This document shows positions 11,473 through 21,450 of a stretch of DNA of 25,000 nucleotides, one piece after another. The stretch is from NCBI GenBank assembly GCA_951406725.2, contig CATOCA020000040.1, forward strand, positions 1 through 25,000, read 5' to 3'. Origin of the DNA: Octopus vulgaris. Taxonomy: Eukaryota. Each line of letters begins with the position of its first letter. Positions within the stretch are counted from its first letter, which is position 1. A program made the translations under genes and the position numbers. The notes beneath the pieces are model-generated. The model had not been told where the DNA came from. It searched no databases and saw only the letters and a list, made by a program, of their open reading frames with translations.

Positions 11473-11650
11473 AGGTGCAGGCATGAGTGTATGGTTAAGA
11501 ACCTTGTTTCCCAACCATATGTTCTTAAGTTCAGTCCCACTGTATGACACTTGGGCAAGTGTCTTCTACTATAGCCCCAGGCCAACCAAATTCTTGTGTG
11601 TGAATTTGTTTGACAGAAACTGAAAGAAGCCCATTGTGTGTGTGTGTGTG
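11473..11650 (+). mobile_element. tRNA-derived SINE, 5' half (same family as 3471-4135)
   Basis: Decayed A box (GAGTGTATGGT) and B box (AGTTCAGTCCC), then CTTGGGCAAGTGTCTTCTACTATAGCC...CAGAAACTGAAAGAAGCCC and (TG)n. It is the reverse complement of 3965-4135. Confidence 0.8.
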
Positions 11651-11656
11651 TATATA

Positions 11657-11817
11657 CTGTATTTTAATGTGTATAAGGAACCCATTTTTGTGAAAAATTA
11701 AGTTTAAAAAATGTGGGTGTTTCTTATGTGGGTCAGTATTATAATCCCTTACAAAATCTTTTTTCCAAATTTTAAGCCCCCAAAATTAGGGGGTTCCTTA
11801 TACATGTTAAAATATGG
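11657..11817. mobile_element. 161-bp Tc1/mariner-type (pogo/Tc2-like) MITE
   Basis: 27-bp TIRs: CTGTATTTTAATGTGTATAAGGAACCC (11657-11683) versus the reverse complement of 11791-11817, CCATATTTTAACATGTATAAGGAACCC. TA on both flanks (TSD). Confidence 0.85.
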
Positions 11818-11823
11818 TATATG

Positions 11824-11980
11824 TCATCATCGTCATCATTAAACATCTGATTTCCATGGGTTGGATGATTTGACAAGCTGGCAAACCTGAGAGGTTGCAC
11901 CAAGCTCTAGTTGTCTGTTTTGGCATGGTTTCTTTGATTGGATGTCTTTCCTAACCACTTTACAGTGTGTACTGGGTGTT
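11824..11980 (-). mobile_element. 3'-tail-only copy of the RTE/RTEX LINE
   Basis: (CAT)n, then TTTCCATGGGTTGGATGATTTGAC...GGATGTCTTTCCTAACCACT...TGGGTG; homologous to 3761-3955. Confidence 0.8.
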
Positions 11981-12635
11981 TCCACTTGCAGGCTCTTATC
12001 AACTATAGCCATCTTGAGCTAGTTTCAGCTACTGTGCCTATTTCCTTGATGGCTTTCTTCAGTTGTCTGGGTTTCAGGCCTATTTTTTGCAGGAAATAGT
12101 GCATTGACCCAGATGGAAAGTCACAGCAGCTAACTTCAATGGGGAATGAGGTCATGTGCCAGCCCTTGACAAAGGCATTGTCAACAGTCCTGATATTTCA
12201 ATTTCTTTAACTGGTGAGAAATATTGAGTCTGTCCTCTCAGGTCACTGTGAGTTCAATCACAAAGATTGTTTGTTTATTCCTGGAGAGCAGGAACATGTC
12301 TGGTCAGAGTGATATACTATTATCTCCTCTGGGATGACAAGTTTGCTCCTTAGGTTCCCTTGCATCTCCCAATCTCAGGCTGAATGCAAAGTGGAAAATA
12401 GGTGTGTGCTCAAGGCATCTAGAGTAGCCTAGGACCCATCCTTTCTGGACACTAGTGTCGATGTACTCATTGGCCAAGAGACAGGATGTTAACCTTTTGG
12501 CAATGATGACCCAAAAGATCTTCCACTCGAGATCTTCAAAATTGAACAAGTCCAGCTGAGTTTTCTTCTGAGTTAGAAGAACTTGGGAAGCCCTGAGTAG
12601 CTCCTGCAGTTTCTGAGTGGGGCAAAGCATCTCTG
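11981..12635 (-). mobile_element. Internally deleted R2-superfamily (Hero-like) non-LTR retrotransposon: RT fragment + restriction-like endonuclease
   Basis: The minus strand gives the RT N-terminal piece KIFWVIIAKRLTSCLLANEYIDTSVQKGWVLGYSRCLEHT. Within about 100 bp comes the RLE domain L*PDMFLLSRNKQTIFVIELTVT*EDRLNISHQLKKLKYQD..KGWHMTSFPIEVSCCDF..KKAIKEIGTVAETSSRWL (RPD..ELTVPWE..KxxKY..PIEVGCRG pattern). Confidence 0.8.
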
Positions 12636-12647
12636 ATGTCTATTTCA

Positions 12648-12648
<1 letters not shown>

Positions 12649-12688
<40 letters not shown>
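12649..12688. repeat. (TA)n microsatellite
   Basis: Seen directly; about 20 units. Confidence 0.95.
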
Positions 12689-12692
<4 letters not shown>

Positions 12693-12830
12693 TGTTAAGG
12701 AGGACAACAAACATAAAGGCAAGGCAAACATCTCAAGTCATACATCATTATTATTATTGGAAAAAAATTCAATGTATATGACTTCAGATGTTTACCTTGT
12801 CTGAATGTTTGTTGTCCTCTTTAACAATTT
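12689..12830. repeat. Local inverted repeat (about 55-bp arms, about 25-bp loop)
   Basis: Left arm AAATTGTTAAGGAGGACAACAAACATAAAGGCAAGGCAAACATCTCAAGTCATACAT; reverse complement of the right arm AAATTGTTAAAGAGGACAACAAACATTCAGACAAGGTAAACATCTGAAGTCATATACAT. Confidence 0.85.
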
Positions 12831-12979
12831 TATACCTGCTATATTGGAAATCTGTAATGGCGCCATAACTACCATCTCGGCTATAACCTTGGAGCCCTAG
12901 TAATCCGTCACAGCACTTACCTAGCGTACCTAATCGTTTAGATCACCTGTGAACTAAACCCCCATGTTTTATAGTTTAT

Positions 12980-13037
12980 ACACACACACACGCATGCAAG
13001 CGAGCATGAGCACACACACACACACACACACACACAC
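12980..13037. repeat. Interrupted (CA)n microsatellite
   Basis: Seen directly in the sequence. Confidence 0.9.
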
Positions 13038-13039
13038 GT

Positions 13040-14524
13040 GTATCTTCAAAACTTGTTTATTACAATATTTCAATCTGATATGTGTTTGTGCTTCATAAGC
13101 CTCCTAATGTCACTTGATGTAGCATTTATGTGCATTTAGTTGGTTTAGTTGCAATATATATTCATCCAGAGCAGAAATGGCTATGCAACTTTGTTGAAGA
13201 TTGTACCTATGCAGGTGGGTGAAGCAAACTGTCCTTCTTGAAGTAAGGGAATCACAAATGCTCAGTGTACATGATTGTAGAGGTTGCTCTGAAATATGGT
13301 ATTATTTAAACTTAGAATGACCTTTTAGAATTTAAGAGAATAGGTTATTTGATATACTTAGGAGTAGAAGAAGCCTTAATTAAGGCCAAGAAGTATATCC
13401 CTCAATGGCTATACTTAATGAAGATAGAATGAACCTTATAAGATAAGTAAATAGATTAAGAGGAATCAAAAATAAATAAGAAATAATAAAAAAAAAATAA
13501 AAAATAAAGATGGATGAGGTTTATTGTGAGATTGTTAAAGACTAACTAGAGTAAATCTATGGTATTTGACTAGGTTAGCTTATGTATCAAGTGATATTCT
13601 ATTAAAAATCCTTATATGGGAAGTACTTAAACATTTTACTAAAAGAATATACACATCTCAGAGCTAATTCATGTCTATGATTTAATAACCAGTTGTTATA
13701 ACCTGGAACATTTCTTCCAAGCTTAGATTACACTTTGATTTCCCAATAGTTTTGTGTGAAGCTCTACTAATTACTGCCCATTTAAAGTCAAATTTAGTGT
13801 TTCATTCAAGATTGTACAATTAATTTTATCCTTATATTTGAACAAAAAATCAAGTGGTTATGCAATCTATGCTTAAAGCCCATTGAATACGAAATTGTAT
13901 CATAATTGGAAATGCCATCAGCCATAACTGTACATCTATAAACTTTTTTTTTCCGAAACATTATCTCTCAATGGGTATTAAGTTTCTATATATGTTAAAT
14001 TGGTTATATTCACGTGATTCAATTGATTCAAATGAGTGTGGTTTGGGCCCAGTTACCTCCCTTACACTATATTCAGTAAGCTCATTATCATTTTCACTTC
14101 TATTGTTAGCCAAACGGGTTATTGTTAGTCATTTATTTTACATTCCACTATATCCGTATAATTATTATTACCACCAGTCATATTATTACAATTAATATTC
14201 GTTTTATTATCAGTGTTTACTATTTTCTGTTAGTGAATTCTTTAATCCTCTTAATCTTCTACTTGTTGAAAAGGTAAACCTAATCTTGTGCTGGGATTAC
14301 AACATATATCTAAGTCAGACACTGAGTTCCTCAGTTTGCTTCTCCCACCTGCATAGGTGCAATGTTGAACAAAGCTGCATAGCTATTTCTACCCTGGATA
14401 AATATATATACTTTAACTGAACCAACTAAATGTACATAAATGCTACATTAAGAGACATTAGGACACTTATGCAGCAGAAACATGTATTTGATTAAAATAC
14501 TGTAATAAACAAGTTTTGAAGATG
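13040..14524 (-). mobile_element. Penelope-like element remnant with GIY-YIG endonuclease fragment, bounded by ~190-bp inverted repeats
   Basis: 13040-13231 and 14332-14524 are reverse complements at roughly 80% identity by eye. The minus strand at about 13620-13980 reads, with frameshifts, YPLRD..VYRCTVMADG..FKHRLHNH..FKYKDKINCTIL..FKWAVISRA..CNLSLEE..LLNHRHELALRC. This matches the PLE GIY-YIG C-terminus pattern CPL..VVYKxTV..FKxRxxNH..KWxI..CxLCLEEK..LLNKRSELxxKC. Confidence 0.7.
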
Positions 14525-14755
14525 TATAATTCTCCATTCTCATTTGTGATGTTTTGCCTATATAGATTTTATACAGCATATAAAATCCAAGGAAGCAAAC
14601 TCAGGATTTACCTGTCAAGTGAAGTGCCGTGTAATTGTTTATCTGAAATAATTCTCTATGTTCCTTATCATTTGATATGGTTAATCAGAACCTGAATTAT
14701 TTCTGAGTACTAATAAGGTACCTGCTCGGATTCTAAATCCTTATTCCTTTAAGTT

Positions 14756-14791
14756 ACACACACACTCTCTCTTTCTTTCTCTCTCTCTCTC
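14756..14791. repeat. (CA)n(CT)n microsatellite
   Basis: Seen directly in the sequence. Confidence 0.85.
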
Positions 14792-15531
14792 AGCGATTTA
14801 AGCATGCCTCAATGCTAGCAAAACAAAGGGATACAAATGGAGGAATATGGAAATGTTAGTGATAAGGAAAAGTGGCTGTGTTACAAAACAGAAAAATGTT
14901 AATTGATATTGTGAGGTGAAAGCATTTCTCTTCATGTCTACAGATATGATAGAATCCTTGGTCTAAAATGACTTAACTTACTGAGCATTGATCCACAGAG
15001 TGACTTGAAAAGCTGAAATATGTTATTGTTTTAGAGTCTGGATGTTTTTCAGCACACTGAGAAAATGTTCACTTAATGTCATATTCTGTTCTACACTTTT
15101 ACAACATTTTTCAGAGCTTGTATGCAAAGCAATAGGTGATGATGATGATAATAATGCAGATGAGTTTAATGACTGGTCATGAAGATGGTATTAGAGATAA
15201 AGATACTGTTCTGATATCAGAGGCAGAAATATTCAGAAGTTCTGAGATGAATATGTATCTTTCCATTTCAATATAAGTCATCTTTGTCCCTGGTGCTTCT
15301 AACCATTTGACTGCTATACTAATCAATTTAGTTGTTTAGAGTTGAGATTTTGTTTTTCTGAAAACAAGAAGTAGAAACAGCTTTGACTCTTATGGCACTT
15401 GTACTGTGTGATTCTAAAGAAAGTAACAGTCAGAAAACGGCAGAAATGAATTTTATATATATATATTGTAACTTCATTTTTTTTACCATTGATGAGATCC
15501 ATGTTGAGCTTGTGTTATCAGCTTTCAAGCT

Positions 15532-16096
15532 CTATGAGACTGGAAGTGGGCAGCTATGTAAAGAAGTATCGATCTCTAATTGTGGAGGGAACTTGGGGAA
15601 GAGATAGACTCAGGAAGACATGGGGTGAGGTGGTGAAGCATGATCTTTAAACGTTGGACTTCATAGAGGCAATTACAATTATTAGTGACTAAGACACTTA
15701 GCAATATGCTGTGCTTGAGAAGACCCATCAAGCCAAGTGAAATCGTAGTCATGGCTGATGCGTAACTGTCACGTAACTGGACCCCATGCTATTGGCATGT
15801 AAAAAGCATCTTTACCAAATGACTGAGACCTTTGGTAATATGCTGTGTTTGACTAGAAGACCCATCCGGCAAAGTAAAATTGTAGTTGTGGAAGATATTG
15901 GTGCCATGCAACTAGCACTGGTGCTGGTGGCACATAAAAGCACCCATTACACTCTTGGAGTGGCTAGCATTAGGTAGAGCCTCCAGCCATAGAAACCACG
16001 CCAAATCAGACTGGAGTTTGGTACAACCCCTCAGCTTACCAGCCCTGTTCAAATCATCCAACCCATCCCAGCATGGACAACGGATATTAAATGATG
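15532..16096 (+). mobile_element. 5'-truncated RTE/RTEX LINE 3' end with an internal duplication
   Basis: YVKKYRSLIVEGTWGRDRLRKTWGEVVKHDL is homologous to 2525-2624. The segment GACT(A/G)AGAC..AATATGCTGTG..AGAAGACCCATC appears twice (~15685-15760 and ~15818-15895). It ends with CCAACCCATCCCAGCATGGA..ATATTAAATGATG. Confidence 0.85.
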
Positions 16097-16448
16097 TATC
16101 ACACTATAAAGGTATATTACATATTTAATTAGATATGTAACATTCCTTGTAGGCAATAAAGGAACTTCTTTTACTGATTTATGTTTTGGGTATATATTAC
16201 TGGAATTATTTTATTGACCTCAAATGGATGAAAAGTCAGTTTCAGTGGGATTAAAGCTCTCTAGATTAAAGATAAAGTTATATATCATTTAGTTTGAGTG
16301 TTTCAACCACCTCCTACTAACCTAGTAAATAGAAATAATTTTAAAATATCCTTATTAATCATTTTACATTATTGTGTTGTTCTTTTAAATTTACTCTATT
16401 GTGAACATTTCTATAATTTATTTCTTTTCTATTGTTTGTCTTTTGTAG

Positions 16449-16646
16449 GAGATGATAGCTGGCCACCAGGCTGCTGCTTAAAGTTTTGTTATGGAGACCA
16501 GATGACTCATATAGACAGAGTTATGTCAGTAAGTCTTAGTCCTGGTCAAGTGACTGATATAAGTATAGATATGGTCAGTCCTTCTAAAACAGGCATCTAC
16601 CAAGGACAGTGGCGAATGATAACACCATCAGGTTGTTATTTTGGAG
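16449..16646 (+). CDS. ILRUN: ILRUN internal coding exon B (NBR1-FW / Ig-like domain core)
   Basis: Acceptor TTTGTCTTTTGTAG|GA and donor GAG|GTTTGT; 198 nt, phase 1 to phase 1, in frame with exon A (G|GA = Gly). Encodes DDSWPPGCCLKFCYGDQMTHIDRVMSVSLSPGQVTDISIDMVSPSKTGIYQGQWRMITPSGCYFG. Confidence 0.95.
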
Positions 16647-16754
16647 GTTTGTGGTTTATCACTTTTTGAAACAATTGAATGCCTAGAATTCTTTTATTTT
16701 GTCTGCATAAATATGCAAAGAAATATGGTCAGTTATAGTTCAACTAAATCTGTG

Positions 16755-17010
16755 ATGCATGTGTGACTTGAGCAGTAAATGCTGAAAATTTACAGTGATT
16801 GAAGAAGACTTGATTGAGTGTAATCCACTGGATATGTAACATGAATTTGAAAGATGAATTGAGAGCAGATGTGATGAGAAAAACCTGGATATAACAAACA
16901 TTAGGTAATGCATGCAAAAGTAGCAATTATAATTATTTGGACATGCAGTGAGAAATGGCAATGTTTGCTGGATGCATAAATGTCATGGTTGGTGGTTGCA
17001 TAAGGATGAG
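16755..17010 (+). mobile_element. Old, highly decayed RTE/RTEX LINE fragment
   Basis: Reads VT*AVNAENLQ*LKKT*LSVIHWICNMNLKDELRADVMRK..DITNIR*CMQK*QL*LFGHAVR..WMHKCH, collinear with the 2304-2624 peptide. Confidence 0.6.
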
Positions 17011-17769
17011 TGCAGTAGTCAAGGTAATTTCTTTCCAAAGCTGGCCATTGGAAATGTCTGTATTGTGTAATATTCAATAATTCTACTCTTATTCAACTTT
17101 ATTCAGACTTGATTATCAGTAGTTATTATTTGCTTGCTAATTTTGTTTTCCACATTCACATCACTTTAACATTTTACCAATACAATATTTGCTGTGGCTT
17201 GCCCATAAACAACTGAAATAATTTTGTGTTAGGATTTGAAAATATTGCTGAATGTCTCAGTAATCATGCATTCTGCAATCAAAATGAAAACTTGGTACAC
17301 TAGGTTTAGTGAGGCTCTATTTTTATTTTGTTTTATTTTACTTTTGATAATCCTACACAGAAGGCAAAAAGGATTGATTTAGATTTTAACACTCTATCAA
17401 TGGTTTGGGTGACTTCAGTTGAAACTTGTCCAAGTAGTTAACCTCGATAGGATATTTTGATCATCAGTTGCTATAAATATTAACAATATTATCAATTACT
17501 ATATATTCAATGTACAAAACTTTAATAATCTCTTAATAATCATTATTTAGTAAATTACAAAAGCTTCAAATTCTTTTTATTTAAGAAAGAATATATTTTT
17601 GTCAATATTGCTTTGTATAAAATACTGGATAGTGGCTATAGATTCAAATGTATTATACAAGTTAAAGAGTGAAAATAATTCACATCACCTAACTGAAATG
17701 TTGGTAATTTCAACGAATTAGGACTTTCTAAATAAATCAACTAAAACTGAGTCTAACAATTAGATATTC

Positions 17770-17960
17770 AAACCATTTAGAAAAGGAGTTGGTAGGAATT
17801 CCATGTGGTGTACACAATGTAGACTTATGAGTGTACAAGACATGGAGAGGAATAACAGGCTGGCTAACAAGAAAAGGATGTGTAGAAGTAGTGTGAACAT
17901 CCATGATATAAATTCTTTCAAATGCTCAGTGAACTCTCTAGAACTATTTCTTAGCATTGG
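17770..17960 (+). mobile_element. RTE/RTEX LINE fragment (Cys-rich segment after the RT domain)
   Basis: RKGVGRNSMWCTQCRL..GITGWLT..DINSFKCSVNSLEL, homologous to the element region at about 5610-5790. Confidence 0.6.
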
Positions 17961-18308
17961 TTACCTATTTTCTTTTCTGAAGACCATTCAGGGATGTTTT
18001 TTATCTTGCACTTAAACTGTAATTTTGCTGTTTTTTAAAAAATGTTTATTGTTTGACAATTAGAACTAGTTTAATCATGCTCACTTTTTTTACTTCTTTT
18101 CTTGTTCTTTAATATGGTGACAAACTTTACACACAATTTTGTTACACATTTTCCCAGTCATTTTGTTATTTGTTGAGAGGGGTATTCTTTTTTTTTCTTT
18201 GCTTAAATAATATCCAGTCTTTCCTAAAATGTGTGCAGTCATAATGCCTTATGAAGAGTGACAGTTCAAACACAAGTACCATCAATGTTTGATAAGTTAA
18301 CACAGATG

Positions 18309-18457
18309 ATGTGATTGTGTCTCAGTGATGATTGGCTATTGAAAGGGTGTGACTGTATCATTGCTGGTTGGTTGCTGAAAGTAATGTGATTGTGACTCAC
18401 TACTGATTGGCTATCAAAAGCAGCATGGTCTTGTCTCAATTCTGATTAGCTACTGAA
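18309..18457. repeat. Degenerate ~38-bp tandem repeat, 4 units, each with a TGATTGGCT-like core
   Basis: Units start at about 18309, 18347, 18384 and 18423; approximate consensus ATGTGATTGTGTCTCANTNCTGATTGGCTAYTGAAAG. Confidence 0.7.
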
Positions 18458-18587
18458 TATGAAGTAACAAAATATGTATTTACTCTTAGTTTTTTTAATT
18501 ATCTCTCCTAATGTATGAACAGGAATGTGACATAGAGCAAATGAATGACAACTGTACAAGAAAATGTCCAGAATTTTTGGCATAGTG

Positions 18588-18690
18588 CAGGTAAAGAAAT
18601 GTCAAGTGATCAGAGTAGAAGGAACTTGTTAAACTGAGAAAGGAAGACCAAGGAAGATGTGAAAAGTGTAAAAGATGATCTTAGAAGGCT
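18588..18690 (+). mobile_element. Short RTE/RTEX LINE fragment
   Basis: VKKCQVIRVEGTC..KGRPRKM* matches the KKCHTLAVEGTCGRGRCRKTW segment of 2304-2624. Confidence 0.5.
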
Positions 18691-19784
18691 CAATGTATGA
18701 AAGGATCCAGTACATGCAAGTATGGAAAAATAGAGTGGTGGTAGCAACAGTATTTACTGTCATTGCTAGAAATAGAGAAGAAAATGTCTGGAATGCTTGG
18801 GAAGTGCTTCTTAGGTCAAAGCTCAGACTGTTTAGCCTCACATATGAAATGGTAGAATGAGTCAAAGGGAGAGATGCTGCGTTGAAAAATCTGTTCAACC
18901 CATACCTATTAAAACTTGTTGACGCAGAGAAGGATGACATGAATATGAAAATTGAATATTATCAGTGTTAGTTTTTCTGTCACTGTTGTCATCATTGCTA
19001 CAATATCTATTATTCCATGCCAACATGGTCTGAATGATCTACAAAACAACTTAAGGTCATCTTTGTCCCTTGTTTATTGAAGTTGCAGTGTAATAGTCTT
19101 GACATATTGTCCTCTCTTTACCATCTAATCTGTTTCTACAGATTCTGGTGATGGTCACAACATTGGCTGGCAAAATAAACTTTGTCAGTGTTTGACAGTT
19201 GCTGTTACTCTTCACTTATTGTTGGCAGTTTGCATTTCAGTTCAGTGTTTGAGGCTAGTGAGGATATTTATGTTGCAGCTATTTCTATGTATATTAGAAT
19301 CTAGATCTAGATAGGATTACTGTTGTTTCTTAGTTGACAAAATATGGTACTTGATAGTGCTCTTGCAGTGTTTTTTTACACTACTTTGTCGTTACCTATA
19401 TGAAGTTTGAATATTATAGAGATGAGCACAATTTCTAATGTTTGTTTTCTATGTATGTGGTATGTTAATTCTGTTGAATGTAATTGTTGATTGTAGACAG
19501 AAACAGTGAAAGGATAAAAGAAATGTGTGTGTGTGTCTCTTATCCCTTCTTTCTCTATCTCTCAACACTCCCCTCTCCACATGTAATTCTCTGAAATTTA
19601 TAGAAATTTAGGTACCTTAAGTGAAATTCCTATATGTGATTCTCTTGAACAAATCTGTAACTTTCAAACAGCTATCTTCTCATTAGCAGTGATGAAATCT
19701 CTCACAGAATCTAGAAATTTGTTTATCTGTATAATTAATATTAATCTATTTATATAACTCATTAACTGACTTGGGTTAACTTGC

Positions 19785-20800
19785 AAATGCATTATTGCAC
19801 CCACCCTGCCACCAGTCTTGATAATTAAAGCAGAACTACTATAATCCGAAACTCCCACCCTTTGGTTGCAGTAGCCTTTGATAGACAACTTCAATTTTCC
19901 ATGGTGTCATGACACCTTTCCACTTACACCATACAAAGATGTGGCTTCTCAGTTCAGCTGTTCAGGTTGACTAAATACACTTAGCAGGATATAAGAAATG
20001 TTCTGTTTTAATTGCACAAAGGAGTTGGCTCCTTCAAGCTGGAGCAAATATATACTAAGAGAGAAGTGAACTCTGAATAAAAACCTTAACATGAGAGAGG
20101 ATGCATTTAACAAGGAATGCCGCTGTAAGACCTCAAGGAAGCTATAACTAATCCTAACCCTGATAGAGGAGACAAACTTCCCCTGTGAGACTCTTTTTAG
20201 CCTCCTTACATAATGGAAAGACATATCTTGGAGAATATAAATTCTGAATAAAATCCATGCTGGATTGAAGGTACTCCTTTAGTACTTCTGTAGACAATGT
20301 CTATAGTGCTGGTCATGTAATAAAATGCGCTCCTTCTGTACTGTAAAATGGTTGATAATAGGAAAGGCAACTTGCTTTAAAAGACTGGAAGTTTATATCA
20401 TAAGGGCAATATCAGGAGGGTTGATATCAAAAGAGTTAAGTGTGAAGCAGCTGCACCAATAAATTATCTTTGTTGAGAAGAAATAACCTAATAAAATCAA
20501 CCATCAAGAATGCATAGTAAATAATATCAACAGTCCATTAGATTCTGCTTTCAAAAAAGCTGTTAAAAACATGAATCATGACACAAACAAAGATAAGTGA
20601 GGTATATAAATAGCTTAAAAATGTTGCTCAATGTTGAACAAGTAACAGAAAAGCTACCGAGCCTACACTATTTATGATCAATCACTTGCTAAAAAATATC
20701 AAGCATAAATAGAACGTTTTGAACATTGAATGTTTTAGGATTATGGTAGTTCTGCTTCAATTATCAAGATTGGTGGCAGGGTGGGTGCAATAATTGCAAT
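19785..20800. mobile_element. Putative non-autonomous TIR element (~1 kb) with ~62-bp inverted repeats
   Basis: 19785-19847 (AAATGCATTATTGCACCCACCCTGCCACCAGTCTTGATAATTAAAGCAGAACTACTATAATCC) is the reverse complement of 20738-20800 with about 5 differences. No recognisable ORF inside; TSD not resolved. Confidence 0.65.
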
Positions 20801-21450
20801 TACCATTTGCCAAACAAATGGGAGAAATAGAAGTTGATCAGAGCAATAACACACAAGACAATGTGTTATCCCTCCCCCTCTCATACAAAAAGAAATGTGA
20901 CACTTTGTTGAGAAATATTGCATAATTAACACTATCATTAGATGCCAAGTGAATAATGGATACATGAACCCCCTGCTATGACTTTTATGGTAAACTATCT
21001 AAACTCTACATGAACTGTCAAGACATACAGTTAAATTAAATACCTTTGAATATAAATGGTAAGTTAAAAGATTTGTTGTCTTAGGAAATTACAAAGAAGT
21101 AGGATAATCAATTGAGAGTTTACACTAAACCTACAAAGCCATACTATAAAGGCTGAAATGTTGTTCCCCACTATGACCTGAAGTCATAGTCTATTTGCAA
21201 GGGTTGAAACTTAGTCTTTAACATTAACTACTGAGCTTAAAATCTGTTAAATAGATTTTATATAACATTAGTGCAGAAGAAAATGACACAAAACATCCAC
21301 CTTCAGTTAGAGAGCATTTATATTCAAATATCCAGCAACTCATTCATATCAACATCAAAAAATACATGGGAAACAGTAAAAAAATGTTTTGTTAATATTT
21401 TGCAATTAAAATGAGTGATATTCATTGTAAACTTTTTCATTTTATTGCAG

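Noticed and set aside
14300-14345. Hammerhead ribozyme core (minus-strand CTGAGGA) at the inner edge of the Penelope arm
   Set aside because: I could not find the downstream GAAA or the stems in register. An Infernal search on a family consensus would be needed.
16195-16262. Possible SINE central-domain fragment
   Set aside because: It is too short and degenerate to support from the sequence alone.
16298-16448. Hydrophobic N-terminal extension in ORF 16298-16669 (likewise the starts of ORFs 10083 and 21411)
   Set aside because: These are intronic polypyrimidine-tract read-through upstream of clear AG acceptors; ILRUN similarity starts at the splice sites.
18309-18457. CRISPR-like array
   Set aside because: The units are contiguous and degenerate with no unique spacers, there are no cas genes, and the context is eukaryotic.
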